A stretch of 64,000 nt of DNA. Source: Takakia lepidozioides. Lineage: Eukaryota; Plantae; Bryophyta. Location: NCBI GenBank assembly GCA_030704615.1, contig CM060732.1, positions 79,422,001 through 79,486,000 on the forward strand, in the 5' to 3' direction. The notes beneath the pieces were generated by a model that was not told the origin of the DNA, searched no databases, and saw nothing but the letters and a program-made list of their open reading frames with translations. The position numbers and the translations under genes were made by a program. Each line of letters starts with the position of its first letter. Position 1 is the stretch's first letter. Shown here piece by piece: positions 47,859 through 60,535 of this stretch.

Positions 47859-50800
47859 ATGGTGAAGCGGAAGGTCTTCGAAGTGACAGTCCCTCTCACT
47901 GAGTACGAGAAGTTCCGAGAGCGCCGGATTGCTGCCATAAAGGAGGTGGAAGCAACGTTCAAGCAGTTGATAGATGGGTGAGTTTAGTTCCTGACTTTGG
48001 ATACCCACCCACTAAATTGCGATTTGCCTTATCCTCTAACCTTCCTACAACGATCATAAGCTTCATAGCACAAATGGGGGCGAGTAGCTGCGACTTGTAC
48101 AAACAGAGAGGCAAACAACATGCAGTGAGTGACGATTAGGTTTGAGGAGGGTGTGTCATTAGGCGGGAGATGTCCGCCGTCATTCGTGGGCAGGCATTAC
48201 GTCCTGGTAGGGTGCGGCTGTGGTTCAGCGTAGGCTTAAGAGTATTAGGGTATGTATGCTTACATTTGTTTGTGATTGTTTGAGAGGGAGGTCATGGAGG
48301 TGTTTGTGCAGGCTTGCGGGAGCGAATCACCTTCGCAAGCCACGCGCTCCGAAGGAAAAAGGTAGGGATCAAGGTCCTGCAAGGCAAAGTGCCAGACTGA
48401 AGACGATGAAGACTACGATTCTGCATGAGGGCTCTTCTGAGGACGATGAGGACGATCACTCCTCCCACGCCAGTGCGAGGCGAGTGCGTCGTCGGCGGAT
48501 GCCACGGCAAGCCGAGGAGAACATGCCCATGCTCATGTCGCAGGACAAAAACGCCCATCATCTACACTACGAACACCTTCTCCGTCTGTGAGTTATAGTT
48601 CTTCACAATGACCATGATTCTAATTATGTATGTTTTTGGTAAAATCACGAAGAGATAGGGTATGTCTGTCAAGACATGGAAGTTGGACAATGCAGGGGTC
48701 AGCCAAGGCACAATCACAAATGATTTCCACTAGACAAGTTGAAGTGCCAAAGGCATGATGTCAGGCCAATGTAGACTTCAGGTGTGTTCAAATTCTTTGC
48801 CCCATGAAACCAACGTCCTGGTACTAAGCTACAATGGCTACTTATAGAGATACTTGGGTTACTTATGCACCCAGAATATCAGTAAAACTTGGAGGGATAC
48901 TTCTCATGGACCCATCAGGTTTGTCCATTTGAATTCTTGCTATGGATTTCAGGAACACCCCATACCTAAGAGGGCTCAAAAATGTACTGGGAGGACATCA
49001 TCGGGGCCAATCAAATTTGGGAGATTTACTGCCCAAGATCATACTGAGTTTTGGGTAATCTTGTCTTTACAAATGATATGTGCTTCCAGTTTGTTTTGCC
49101 TGAATTCAAGGATTTGTGCTTGCTGCCTATATGTATGTGTAATCACCCACATTGTACTGGGGGAATTTCTTTTCAGGGCAAGCACAAGCGCACTGGATCC
49201 ACGATCCCTGCTGCTAGCAATGGAGATGGCGCCCACAAGAACGCAGGAGGTGGCCCTAACTCTCCCAACGTTGTGGGTTCTGTGCCACCAGTACCCCCAC
49301 CTTATTTGGTATGCCTCAGTACCCACAGTCTGGCACTCAGTATGGTCAGGGTCAATATGGTGCTCCTCCATATGGGCAGTATGGCCAGTATCCTCCTCCA
49401 CCATATTTGCCACCCCCTAATAGCTATGGGGGTGGCAGGCCACTGGAATATCCTCCTGCTTATGGACAGTATGGCCAGTATGGTCCTCGGCCTTCTGGCC
49501 AACAACCATGGCCACCAGTCCCTACTTGGCAGGATCCTGCTTTGAATTCTCCTGAGCGCACGGAGGTCTCTGAAGGAGGGGAGGGTGCCGTTTCAAAGAA
49601 TGATAGAACCAATGCTTTAAGGAGGGCTAATAGCTCAGCCAAAATTGAAGCTGCCAAGGTCAAGGAAGAGAGAATAGCTGCAGGTCTTCCTCCCACGGTG
49701 ATTTTGACGAACCTCAAAGGAGCCCCGTATGGTCAGACCCGGAATGTATGGCACGCTGCCCTTAAAGGACAGGCTTATCGCAAGCTAGATTGTTCCCTTG
49801 CCATCAACAACCAACCTGATGAAGTTGTATACGAAATCAGAGATCACCTGGCTAAGCTATTTTCATATACGCCGCACGAGTTAAAAGACTTCCACCTAAA
49901 ACAAACAATTGGCAGAATAATGAAGAGCCAGCGTTATGAAGCACACACTGCGTGGTTGGGTGGTAAGGGGAAACCCATTACTGTATCTGACGAGGTATGG
50001 AACAAGCTTGTAAGTTACTGGCAGACAGAGGTGTTCCACAAAGTGTCGGGCAACATGAAGAAGGCAAATGGTGCAATTCTGAATCCTACCAAGACTGGCC
50101 GTGGTGGGAAGGCAATGGTGGAAGCACGCTTGGTAAGTGGCATCATCACGACTCTGTATTTTGTTCCTCATTGAATTGCTATGTGTATATAGTCAGCCCT
50201 CACATTGCTTACTGACTTGTGGCATGGGTTTGTTTGTGGCATGGATTAATTTGTAGGAAACACTATCAGGGTGCCCTCCTACATTATATGAAATTCAAGA
50301 GGGTTCAGTGTCACGGTTGTCAGCTGGGAGTGACAGGCGGGTAAGTGTGTTTTCCACGTTTGCTAGAGTGGTTGCTGCATCATAGGTTGCTAGGGTTTTT
50401 TTCACGGCTTTTGGCCTGGGTTTTCTTTCCAATGGTTGTTCATGCTAGGTTTTTTGGTTTGATTCATACTTGGGCAAGTTTTCATGGATTGGCAGGAGGG
50501 AAGTCTCGCATATTCTACAGTAGTTGGCAGGATGGATGGCTTGGACAAACTGGTGGAATCACAAGGACGTGACATGGCAGAATTAAAATTACAGATGCAG
50601 AGTATGATTGAGTACCAGAAAGCCATTGTGACCAGATTGGGGATTAATCTACCAGGCGCAGGACCAGTGACATCTACGATGGATACGTCTGCTGTGACAG
50701 TATCAAAATGTTTGGAATCCCAATTTCAGACGGTAACTGGTGCTCACTCTAAGCCCTTATGTCTTCCTGTCACTGATGATCTTTTGAATTTGACCGAGCA

Positions 50801-52426
50801 GCAGCAGGATACAGGGAAGGCCAGCTGTGAGGTACACGTGGAAATTCAGCCCTTGCCACGTACAAAGGCAGTAGCAGTCCAGGGGGCAATGGTGACAGAG
50901 CCGCCGGGCACACCGGATTCTGGTATGCAGGTATGTGGGAGTTTAGATGGGGAGGAAGATGCAGACGGGGACAAAACAAACAAGCAGGTTGCTTTAATTT
51001 CTCCTGCTCACATGTTGAAGCCAAATGTCAGTTTACTTCCTGGACCAACGAGGAAGCATTTACTAATTCTGGACTTAAATGGTCTGTTATGTGAATCTTT
51101 TCATTCTGCTAATGGGCCTGCATCCCTTCCCAAAGGTTTTGTGGGGAAGATGTGTGGCAAGAAGATGGTAGTTTTGAGACCACGCTGTTATGACTTTTTG
51201 CAAAAGTGTTTTGAACACTTTGAGGTGGCGGTGTGGTCTTGTTGCCAAGCTCGCAACTTCTTCCCAATGGTGGACTATATTTTTGCAGCCCACACTAACC
51301 TGGTTTTCCAGTGGGATGCCCTTCACTGTGACGAGGATCCAGTCCTCCCATGCCGTAAGGGGTCTGATTCAAAGCCATTATATTTCAAGAACTTGTCTAC
51401 AGTGTGGGCAGACTGGCCAGAATGGACTTATGAGGACACTGTTCTTGTTGACGACACACCAAGAAAGGCGGCAAACAATCCTCCCTTCAGTGGGATTTTT
51501 CCAGAGCCATGGAAGGTGCAACCAGATTCACCAACTGATGAGTATCTAACAGAGGTGTTGTGGCCTTTCTTGTGGAAGGCATCGAAAGCTGCCAGTATTC
51601 CCAAGTTTTTGGAGTCTCAGCCTGTTTTCGGACAACAACCATACAACACTGCTACTGTGAAGGTACAAACATTCTGACAGTGCTCCAGAGGCTACATTTT
51701 TGTGGGTTCATTCATTGCATTGCTTTCCTGGATGCTTCTCCTCGGTTGCTTGATTAATGCTAGGTTTTCTTTGCAGCTTTTCATGTTGGCTTTTTTTGTT
51801 TGATTCATACTTGGATTTTGTTTCTATTCACTATTCCTGTTTGCTCATTGCTTTCCTGGTTGATCTCTGGTCTGTGACACAGGAACTTGTGACAAACAAA
51901 GGTGATATTGTCGACAAGCCGGTACAGACGAGGGGCAAGAGTGTCGACCCGGCGAGTAGCCCCCCAAAAGAGGTCTCACCACCACTGGAGACTGCAAATG
52001 GAGTAAGTCCAGGCCGTTGTCTTGTCTGTTATATTTTTTCCAACCTTGGGGCTCTCTTTAACTCGCAAATGTTGAGTGTCCTAGTCGTGTGTATGTCATG
52101 GGTTTTCACATCGTGTTCTTTTTTGTGTGGAGTTGGGATCACAGTTCAGGGTGGGTGACGAGGTTCGGCTGTTGGATGTGAACTCCAAACGCAAGAAATG
52201 TGGAGTAGGGCTGATTGTTGCTCTTCAAGGTGCTGTGGTGGGTTACGGGTACCCTGCTGTGCCCCTTGATTATGCCTGTGTGTACATCAAAGAGGCATGT
52301 GTCAGTAACACCCCTCTACCATATGTGAATGGTGTTAGGAAACAGACCGAGTTGGGGCAGGTGGTTGGCCAGACAACACTTTGGAGTCTAAAGTTACTGA
52401 AACTTATGGAGCTGCGGAAGGGATAG
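47859..52426 (+). CDS. CACTA TnpA-like multi-exon gene with an embedded FCP1/NIF HAD-phosphatase-like domain; exon structure only partly resolved
   Basis: First exon LTEYEKFRERRIAA; En/Spm-type VWNKLVSYW...SGNMKKAN...TGRGG (49311-50133); LLILDLNGLL...LRPRCYDFL...VAVWS...FKNL..VW...VLVDDTPRKA..NP (51050-51600); Tnp1-like C-terminal PLPY...LGQVVGQTTLW (52150-52426). Confidence 0.7.
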
Positions 52427-52979
52427 TCAGTATTGCACTGTTTAACAGAGTTCTTGATTCTAATAGCACTAGAACATACTAGCTACAACAATTCAGCCCA
52501 TGTGTGGGCTTGCTTGTTTTTGGCTGGGCCTTTTGAGGCATGGATTTTTTGACCTTGTGGCTTTTGAGGTGTCCATTGGGATATTGGTCTCATTTGGATT
52601 TTTGTAATGTGATTTATAGGGCTTGTATTGCCCTGTAGTTGACTATTTTCATTCTCCTTGTGGTTGATAGTATGCAGGAGGGATCCATTCTGTTTTCATG
52701 TTGGAATTTCACCATGTAATGAAGATTTTAAATCATTTAATTCACTTTCATTTTAAATAATAATATTAAAAATAATACCATTAAAAAAAATCCAAGGCTG
52801 CAATCTCCCTGTTCTTTTAAATATTAAATGAAAATTAAAAATTAAAATATGAACATTAAAAATATAAACTATTTCGGAAAACAATCTTGATGACACGTGG
52901 CATCACTCTTGCTCAAACCAGAACACGTGGCAGTATATGACACGACATTCTTTATCCATATTTTCACCACGTGTAAAGA

Positions 52980-53580
52980 TCCGTAGTCATATATGCTAGT
53001 CATATATTTTGTCTGTGTGCCACATGTCACATCTCAAGTGCAACAGGTGTCCCGCTAATATCTCTCCATGTAGACATCCCTGTAGTCATATGAGCAAGTC
53101 ATGTAGTCACCACGTGTGAAATCTGCCATAGCACACGTGTCTCGCTAGCGCCTCTCCATGTAGGCATCACTGTGCAGACATGTAGTCATATGATCATGGC
53201 AAGAAGTCGTGACATGTCAAATTCGCAGTGGCGCACGTGTCCATCCGTCACCTCTCCATGTAGGCATTACGTTGCAGACATATAGTCATATGATCCCCTG
53301 ACGAATGCATGACGTGTCGCTTGCGCAGTGGCGCACGTGTCCCGCTGAAGCCTCTCCATGTAGGCAGCGCTCAACAGACAATGTAGTCATATATTAGTCA
53401 TATAGTTGTGACTGCAACCCTCTCTGCAGCAGGACTCCAGGTGCCATGCAAGCAGTCATGGATATGACTTGCAAAACGCAGTCCTAAAGACTAGTCGCTA
53501 TGACAGGGCTTTTTTCACTACAGAGTGATGTAGTCATGAACGCATATAAGACTGAAAAAATAGTCATATGTGAAGTCATA
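52980..53580. repeat. CACTA right subterminal repeats (~90-100-bp units plus gtagtcata motifs)
   Basis: ctctccatgtag recurs near 53062, 53152, 53252, 53352. Confidence 0.75.
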
Positions 53581-53602
53581 AAAATGCTCATCTGTTGTAG
53601 TG

Positions 53603-55409
53603 TAGGCTTCACCCCTTCCCGCATCATTTGCTCATAGGTCCCCAAAGCCTCCATCTCGCGCCCCTGCTGTGCATATCCTGCGATCATCGCGCTCCACGAC
53701 ACCACATTTCGTCCAGCCATATTGTCAAACACTGCCTTTGCGTCCTCAATGCACCCACATTTGGCATACATGTCCACCAGGGCAGTGTTCAGGATTACAT
53801 CTGGTACAATTCCAGCTTTCAGGATGCCACCATGGACCTCTTTGCCCTTTTCCAGGAATGCCAGGCTCGCACACGCATTGCAAACGCAAACGAACGTGAT
53901 GTGGTTGGGCTTCAACCCTTCCCGCATCATTTGCTCATAGGCCTCCAAAGCCTCCATCCCGCAACCCTGCTGGGCATATTCTTCGATCATCACGTTCCAC
54001 GACACCACATTTCGTTCAGCCATATTGTCGAACACTGCCTTTGCATCTTCAATGCACCCACATTTGGCATACATGTCCACCAGGGCAATGTTCAGAATGA
54101 CATCTAGTACAATTCCAGCTTTGACCATGTCACCATGGACCTCTTTGCCCTTTTCAAGAGCTGCCAAGCTCCCACACGCATTGCCAAACCAGACAAATGT
54201 GATGCGGTCGGGCTTCACCCCTTCCCGCATCATTTGCTCATAGGTCTCCAAAGCCTCCATCCCACGCCCCTGCTGTGCATATCTTGCAACCATTGCACTC
54301 CACGACACCACATTTCATCTAGCCATCTTGTCGAACACTGCCTTTGCATCTTCAATGCACCCACATTTGGCATACATGTCCACCAGGGCAGTGTTCATAA
54401 TGACATCTGGTACAATTCCAGCTTTGACCATGTCACCATGGACCTCTTTGCCCTTTTCCGGGGCTGCTAGGCTCGCACACGCATTGCAAACGCAAACAAA
54501 TGTGATGTGGTTGGGCTTCACCCCTTCCCGCATCATTTGCTCATAGGTCTCCAAAGCCTCCATCCCGCAACCCTGCTGTGCATATCCTGCAATCATCGCG
54601 TTCCACGACACCACATTTCGTTCAGCCATATTGTCAAACACTCCCTTTGCACCTTCAATACTCCCACATTTGGCATACATATCCAGCAAGGCAGTGTTCC
54701 GAATGACATCTGGTACAATGCCAGCTTTGACAATGTCACCATGGACCTCTTTGCCCCTTTCCGAGGCTGCCAGACTCGCACACGCCTTGCAAATGGAAAC
54801 AAATGTGATGTGGTCCGGCTTTACCCCTTTTCGCATCATTTGCTCATAGGTCTCCAAAGCAGTCGTACCACACCCATGCTTGGTAAATCCTGCCAACATT
54901 ATATTCCATGTGATCAAAGATGATTGAGGCATTTTGTTGAACAGTTGTTGAGCATCCATGATGCTCCCGCACTTAATGTACATGTTCACAAGGGTGTTGT
55001 GCAGAAAAATATTTGGCTTAAATCCACTTTGGATAATGTGAGCATGCACCTGCTTGCCAGCTTCCAGGCCTTTCATCTTGATGCAACTATGCAAGAGACA
55101 GACATACGTATCTGAATTTGCTGAAATGCCTCCTCCGTGGTTTTAAGTCTGTAGAGCCTCTGTCAGTCTGCCTGCCTCACAAAGCATCTTCACAGTCCCA
55201 GAAGAGGAATTGTGGACTCCCTCTCTTGGTCCTCTTTCAGAAGCTGAGGTCATGGTCGAAGTGCCTGATTTCATCAGCTGTGCCACTGCCGCTGCCGCTT
55301 CCAGTTGACCATGTACCCATGCAGGTTTCTTGTAGCTATTGATCCACAGCGAGTCATAGGTAATCTTGTGCTTGAAATCTGGCCCTCTCGGATGAATCTG
55401 GACCCACAT
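53603..55409 (-). pseudogene. 5' segment of the disrupted inverted PPR paralog
   Basis: Collinear with 11446-12955; 9-bp deletion near 55197, +1 frameshift near 55143, CGA>TGA at 54315; one extra PLS triplet. Confidence 0.92.
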
Positions 55410-56110
55410 TCTATCCTTTCTCTTTCAACTACCCGTGCCTCTACACAAATCATCCTCGCCTTGCTGCTAGCAGTTGACAATGACAGCCTAGATTGGTTCT
55501 TCATACAACCCAACCCTACTTCTCACAATAGTTCCTATGCTGAATTGCGTCTGCTTCTCTCTGTAATCTAACATGCATTCACCTTCTTGCCTCGATTGTT
55601 CCACCATTGACTGGGCTCGGAGAAGTATTCATTCCAAAGCCTCTCCTCGTCTCTGTTATCTGTTTTTCCATACTTTCCTGTTGCCACATTAGCCGTAACA
55701 TGTCAAAACATTTCCAAACAACCGTACACCAACGAGCTAACTTGCAGAATTCAAGATTAAAAATTAGAGACGACAAGATGAAAAATTAGGGACGACGCTA
55801 ATGAGAGGGTAAAACACGCCGAATTGTGTTGCAGAGGGTGCCTTCATTACCAGCACCTGATTTTGTCAATTGTGTTGATGCCGCTGCTGCTTCCAGTTGA
55901 CCATCTACCCATGCAGGTCTCTTGTAGATATTGATCCACAGGGCATCATAAGTAATCTTGTGTTTGAAATCCGACACTCTTGGATGAATCTGGACCCACA
56001 ATCGATCCTGCTCCTTCAGCTATCCTTGCCTCTGCACAAATCATGCATACATCCTTACCTTACTGCTAGCACCTGCTGACAATGATGGCGTAGAGTACTT
56101 CCAGCACACT

Positions 56111-56844
56111 TGACTCTACTCTCCATTAGTTAGTTCGGCCGACTTTCTCCAAGTCCTGGCCAAGGGTGGGGCCTCTCAAGCTCCTCCCAGTGCACTCTTC
56201 TTGGCCCACTTCAAGGCCAAGGAACGATCATCCCCGAGGATCGAATCGCCTTACTGCAACAACATTTGCTTGCAACCGCTCGTGATGCCACTTTTTTTGG
56301 CATCACCTTGAGCAAGGGTTCACCTTGAACCCTTTTTTACTAGGAAGATAACCTTTAGCCAACCGTGCGCCCCAATCACTACAATTGGGTCTGCCTTGGA
56401 ATGCGGACCTGAGATACGGGAACACGCCGAAGCCGCACTACAACTTCGTCCCGAGGCTACACGATTATAGTACGTGAACGGAAGCACGTAGCTTCCGCGT
56501 TAGCCCGCACTACAAGGCAACCCCCTCGGTAGCGCATTTATAGTACGCGCATGCGCCAGATGTGCACTAGCTCGTGAACTCCCAAAGAAGGCGCAAGTTT
56601 CCTTGCCCCTTGGGTGGGAGTCACCCGATTTCGGCACTACGCAAACACACGATTAACCCAATTTACCTCTCCCACTTTTGTAAGCTAGCATGCATTCTAC
56701 ACACTAGCCAACCATACCATCATCACCATTCCAAACAAAATAGGACGCACAACATTTGGAAACCATTTCATTTATAACAAAGTTTGTACAATACAAGTTT
56801 TTGCAATTGGATTCCTGAGCTAGCTAAGCCGGGCTAAGCATGCA
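56111..56844 (-). repeat. Probable 3' LTR (TG...CA)
   Basis: Begins TG just after the polypurine tract on the minus strand and ends CA where the PPR-upstream module resumes. Confidence 0.6.
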
Positions 56845-57973
56845 TTTCCTCCCCCACGCTCTAAGGTTGATGTCCCCATCAACGTTTTTTCTGCTTTTGA
56901 GGTCGCCCTTCGAAAACTGCAACCGCCTCGGATGCGTTTCTCATTTCTGAGGCACGCACCCAAGATGCCTCCACATGATGATAGCCCTTCCATTTCACGA
57001 GATACTCCGTTTCTCGATTCTTGAACCTCCTCGACTTAAGCACTGCCTCCACTTCGTACTCAGGTTCATTTTCATGATCCAACAGCACAGGTGGTGGACG
57101 CAACACTTGATGCCGATTCGGACGCGCTTCATCTTTGAAAATAGGCTTCAAAAGGGAGACGTGGAATACCGAATGCACCTTGCTATTTGGCGGCAGCTCC
57201 AATTCATACACATCCTCATTCATAACCTTCCGGATGCGAAAGGGTCCCGCATACGGAGGTACGAACTTCAGACTCACTTCCGGAGGAAGTCAAAAATTCT
57301 TGATGTTCAACCAGTCCTCCGTGCCTGCCTCAAACTTGACTTCCCTCTGCTTTCTATTTGCCTGCCGTTCATACCGTTTCCTAGCTTTGGCAATGTTGTA
57401 CTTCGCGAGCTTCAACAAACGCTCGCGTTCTTCCAGCACTGCCGCTGCCGTCGGTTCCTCAACGTCTTGGGCGGCTCAACTTGTCGGCACCAGAGGCGCT
57501 TTTCCATAAACCAATATGAAGAGGGAAACTCCCGTTGCAGAATGTTTTGTGTTATTATAACAGAACTCTGCCGCATCCAAGTGCTCCACCCAGTCTGATT
57601 GGTCTGCCAACACGTAATTCCGCAAGATCTGCTTCACCACGGAATTCACCCTTTCCGTTTGGCCGTCCGTCGTAGGTCGGAAGGCGGTGCTCATCTTGAG
57701 CCTCGTCCCCATCTTCTTCCAAAGTGCCCTCCAAAATTTACTCGTAAACTTTGGATCGCGGTCCGAGACAATATCCTTCGGGAGTCCATGATGCTTGAAG
57801 ACGTAGGCGAAGTAAAGTCGCCCCGTCTCCTGTGCCGTTGTCGTCTCCTTGGTGGGGCCAGGTTGGGATTTAGGCGCGCGCATCAAAGCAAATAACTATG
57901 ACTTGAAGGAGAGCTTACCAAAGTGAGGTGCGCGACACTTGGTATCAGATCCTAGAGATTGAGGCATTCTGTT

Positions 57974-58251
57974 GAAGCATAAACTCATGCATATATAACC
58001 TCATCATTCAAATACAAGTCAAGCCAAGTGCACCCCACGCCATGGGGAATCCACACTACGGCGCCATAGCTAGGCGCGGTGAGGCTCAACTCGAGAAAGA
58101 TGAGCCTCCCGCGCTTGCCGTGAAGATAACCACTCCAGGGCCTAAATCTGCCTTGACCCCTGGATTGACACTTGGGCCAATCCCAAATGTTAATATGTAA
58201 AAGCTAGCTATTTCCTAGCTAGTTTCACACTAGTGGTAAAATAACTTGACA
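57974..58251 (-). repeat. Inverted partial copy of the start of the element at 60536
   Basis: Reverse complement of 60536-60815; preceded by PBS-like tggtatcaga at ~57940. Confidence 0.85.
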
Positions 58252-58445
58252 ATGATTCTATCCAAATTTTCAATGGATGAACAGAATATATAATTTCTTG
58301 TAGCCACTCGTGCTATTTTTCAAATTTAAGAAAAAAATCACTGCACCAGGCTATTCATAAGCAATCCTTACCACTATAAAATAGAAGAAGTAAAAACGGC
58401 TGACTTGTTAGATCCGGGAGAACAAGAAGAAGAAAAGACACATAC

Positions 58446-58897
58446 TGCAACAAGCAGGGTCATCAGCTCATCACGCAGCGACTTATCATCCATCCCTGAT
58501 CCATCCTCATCTCTTGCCTGCATACATGACTCCAGACAATTTCAATCCATCTACTTTCAAACAAATGGCACCACAAATAATAAAGCCCATAGAAAGGATG
58601 CAGCACAACATGTGGCCAAACCAGCCATTCAGAAATCTCGGATGGATACAATTCTGAGGAGGAGTGGCTTGACTTTTTGTTGAGGCATGGTAGTAAATCA
58701 GGTCATGCACTCACCTGCAGTAGTTTTGTTAAGAGATCCTGACTTGAGGAGGCCAGAGAAGAGTGTGACAGGACAACCAGCTGCTCCTTTTTTTTAGCAA
58801 TCAACTGATAAACAACACTGTCCAAACTCCTCACTGCTGACTGGTACTGTATGTTGTCCAGGGTTGGCACCCAATCCGGCACTATGGGCATCATCAA
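58446..58897 (-). pseudogene. Two-exon cytochrome P450 fragment (F/G to I helix)
   Basis: VPDWVPTLDNIQYQSAVRSLDSVVYQLI...DLLTKLLQ | intron 58714-58518 | ARDEDGSGMDDKSLRDELMTLLVA. Confidence 0.8.
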
Positions 58898-60535
58898 GCA
58901 CAGTCATGTGCAAATATGAAGTATAACATGTGCAACAGTATTCAATGGTATATTGCAGTGTTGGGTGGTTCTCTGGTTTTGGGTAGAACCTGCAGGGTAT
59001 GATCTATATTGTGGAATAGAGAACCTTCGGTGTCGGTATGTCGCGGCCCTTTGCCTTGAGGGCAGAGGGTCGGGACGCAGAGGGGCTGCCCCTATGGTGG
59101 GGGCGGTGGCAGCAATAGGTACGGGGGGCTGAAGCACTCTTGAGTGCCCAAGGCACTCAAGGAGGCGGAGGCGCTCACTAGATGGAGCCCCGCACACCGG
59201 GTTGCGGTGGGGGTGGCTCCACAAGGGGTGGTGGTAGCTTAGTGGGACTTAGTGGGGGGTGGCATAGGACTCACCATGGGGCGGAGACCTGGTGGTGGGA
59301 GTCGTGGGGAGTCTTAGGACTCACCACGGTCCAATGAGGCCGTGGTGGGTGGGCCAAGACTCACCGCGACTCATCACCGGGAATCGAGGGTCTTCGTGGT
59401 GGTTCGCCATAAAATGGCATGGTTGTTTGTGAAACCCCCACGGACAGTCACATAAGTATATATAAGGAGTAGTAACCCCGAGAACGGTGCAAGCCCGTTG
59501 GTGACCAAAAACTAGTGAGTAAGCGAGCGAGCCGGAAAACAACCAAAGAGTGGGGAGCTATTCCGGACTGCCATCTACCAAAGGGAATCACATTAATCCC
59601 AAATTGGTGGAGGGTCTGTTGGGGGAAGAAAGGGGGACCGTTATATCCCTGTGAGCAGCCAAAGCTCCGAGTTGGCCCGACGGCCATGGCCCATTTTACT
59701 GAACGTATCCACCACCACCATGATTGCATCGAATCCTTTTGACAACGGCATAGCAGTCATGAAATCCATCGAGACACTTTCCCAAGACCCCTCTGGAATC
59801 GGCAAGGGTTGTAACAGCCCCGCTTGCTTTTTGTACTCGCTCCGGTCTTGTTGGCATGTGGTGCATGTCTTGACATACTCCTCAGCCTCCTCCCTCAGTT
59901 TGGGCCAGAAATACTCTTTCTTCAAGAGTGTCGCGGTGCGCTTGGCTCCGCCGTGGCCCGCAAGCGGACCATCATGGCATTCTCTTAAGAGACTATCTTT
60001 GATCCCTCCCTTCGACACGTAGAGACGCTTTTGCTTGTACCGGAGCAGTCCATTTTGCAAGTGGAACTGCGATTTAACCCCCATCATCAAATCCCGCATT
60101 ACGGACTTCGCCATCTCATCCTTCCGGTAAGCCTTCCGGATCTTCCTTTGGAGCGTCTTGTCACCCCTGTACACCATCATGAGCTGCTGCTTTCTACTTA
60201 AAGCATCGGCCACCACATTGTCCCGTCCCGGTTTGTACTGGATATCCACGTCGAACACTGCCAAAGTGTCTTGCCACCTAATTTGTTTTGGGGACAACTT
60301 AGGCTGCGTGGCAAAATACTTCACCGTGACATTGTCCGTGAACACCTTCACCGGGTTGGAACCAATATAGTGGCGCCAAAGCTCAAGGCAATGCACCAAT
60401 GCACCACCGCCTTCATTTCTTTCTCGTGCGTAGGCCACCGTCGCTCCACTTCATTTAGTTTCTTACTTTCGTAAGCCACTGGACGTCATTCCTGCATGAG
60501 TACACCCCCAATTGCGAAGTCCGACGCATCTGTAT

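Larger units (their letters stand above)
40964..53602. mobile_element. CACTA/En-Spm transposon, 12.6 kb
   Basis: TIRs cactacaagagatgagcgttttt / aaaaatgctcatctgttgtagtg; 3-bp TSD cag/tag (1 mismatch); gtagtcata/tgactac subterminal motifs; Tnp2 transposase. Confidence 0.93.
56111..60535 (-). mobile_element. Fragmented Ty3/Gypsy chromovirus-type retrotransposon (RNase H, integrase, chromodomain, PPT, 3' LTR)
   Basis: TDASDFAIG; CHDGPLAGHGG...CTTC; SVSMDF; IVSDRDPKFTSKFW; TDGQTERVN; PYAGPFRI; EYEVEAVL...YLVKWKGY; PPT gggggaggaa at ~56846-56855. Confidence 0.9.
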
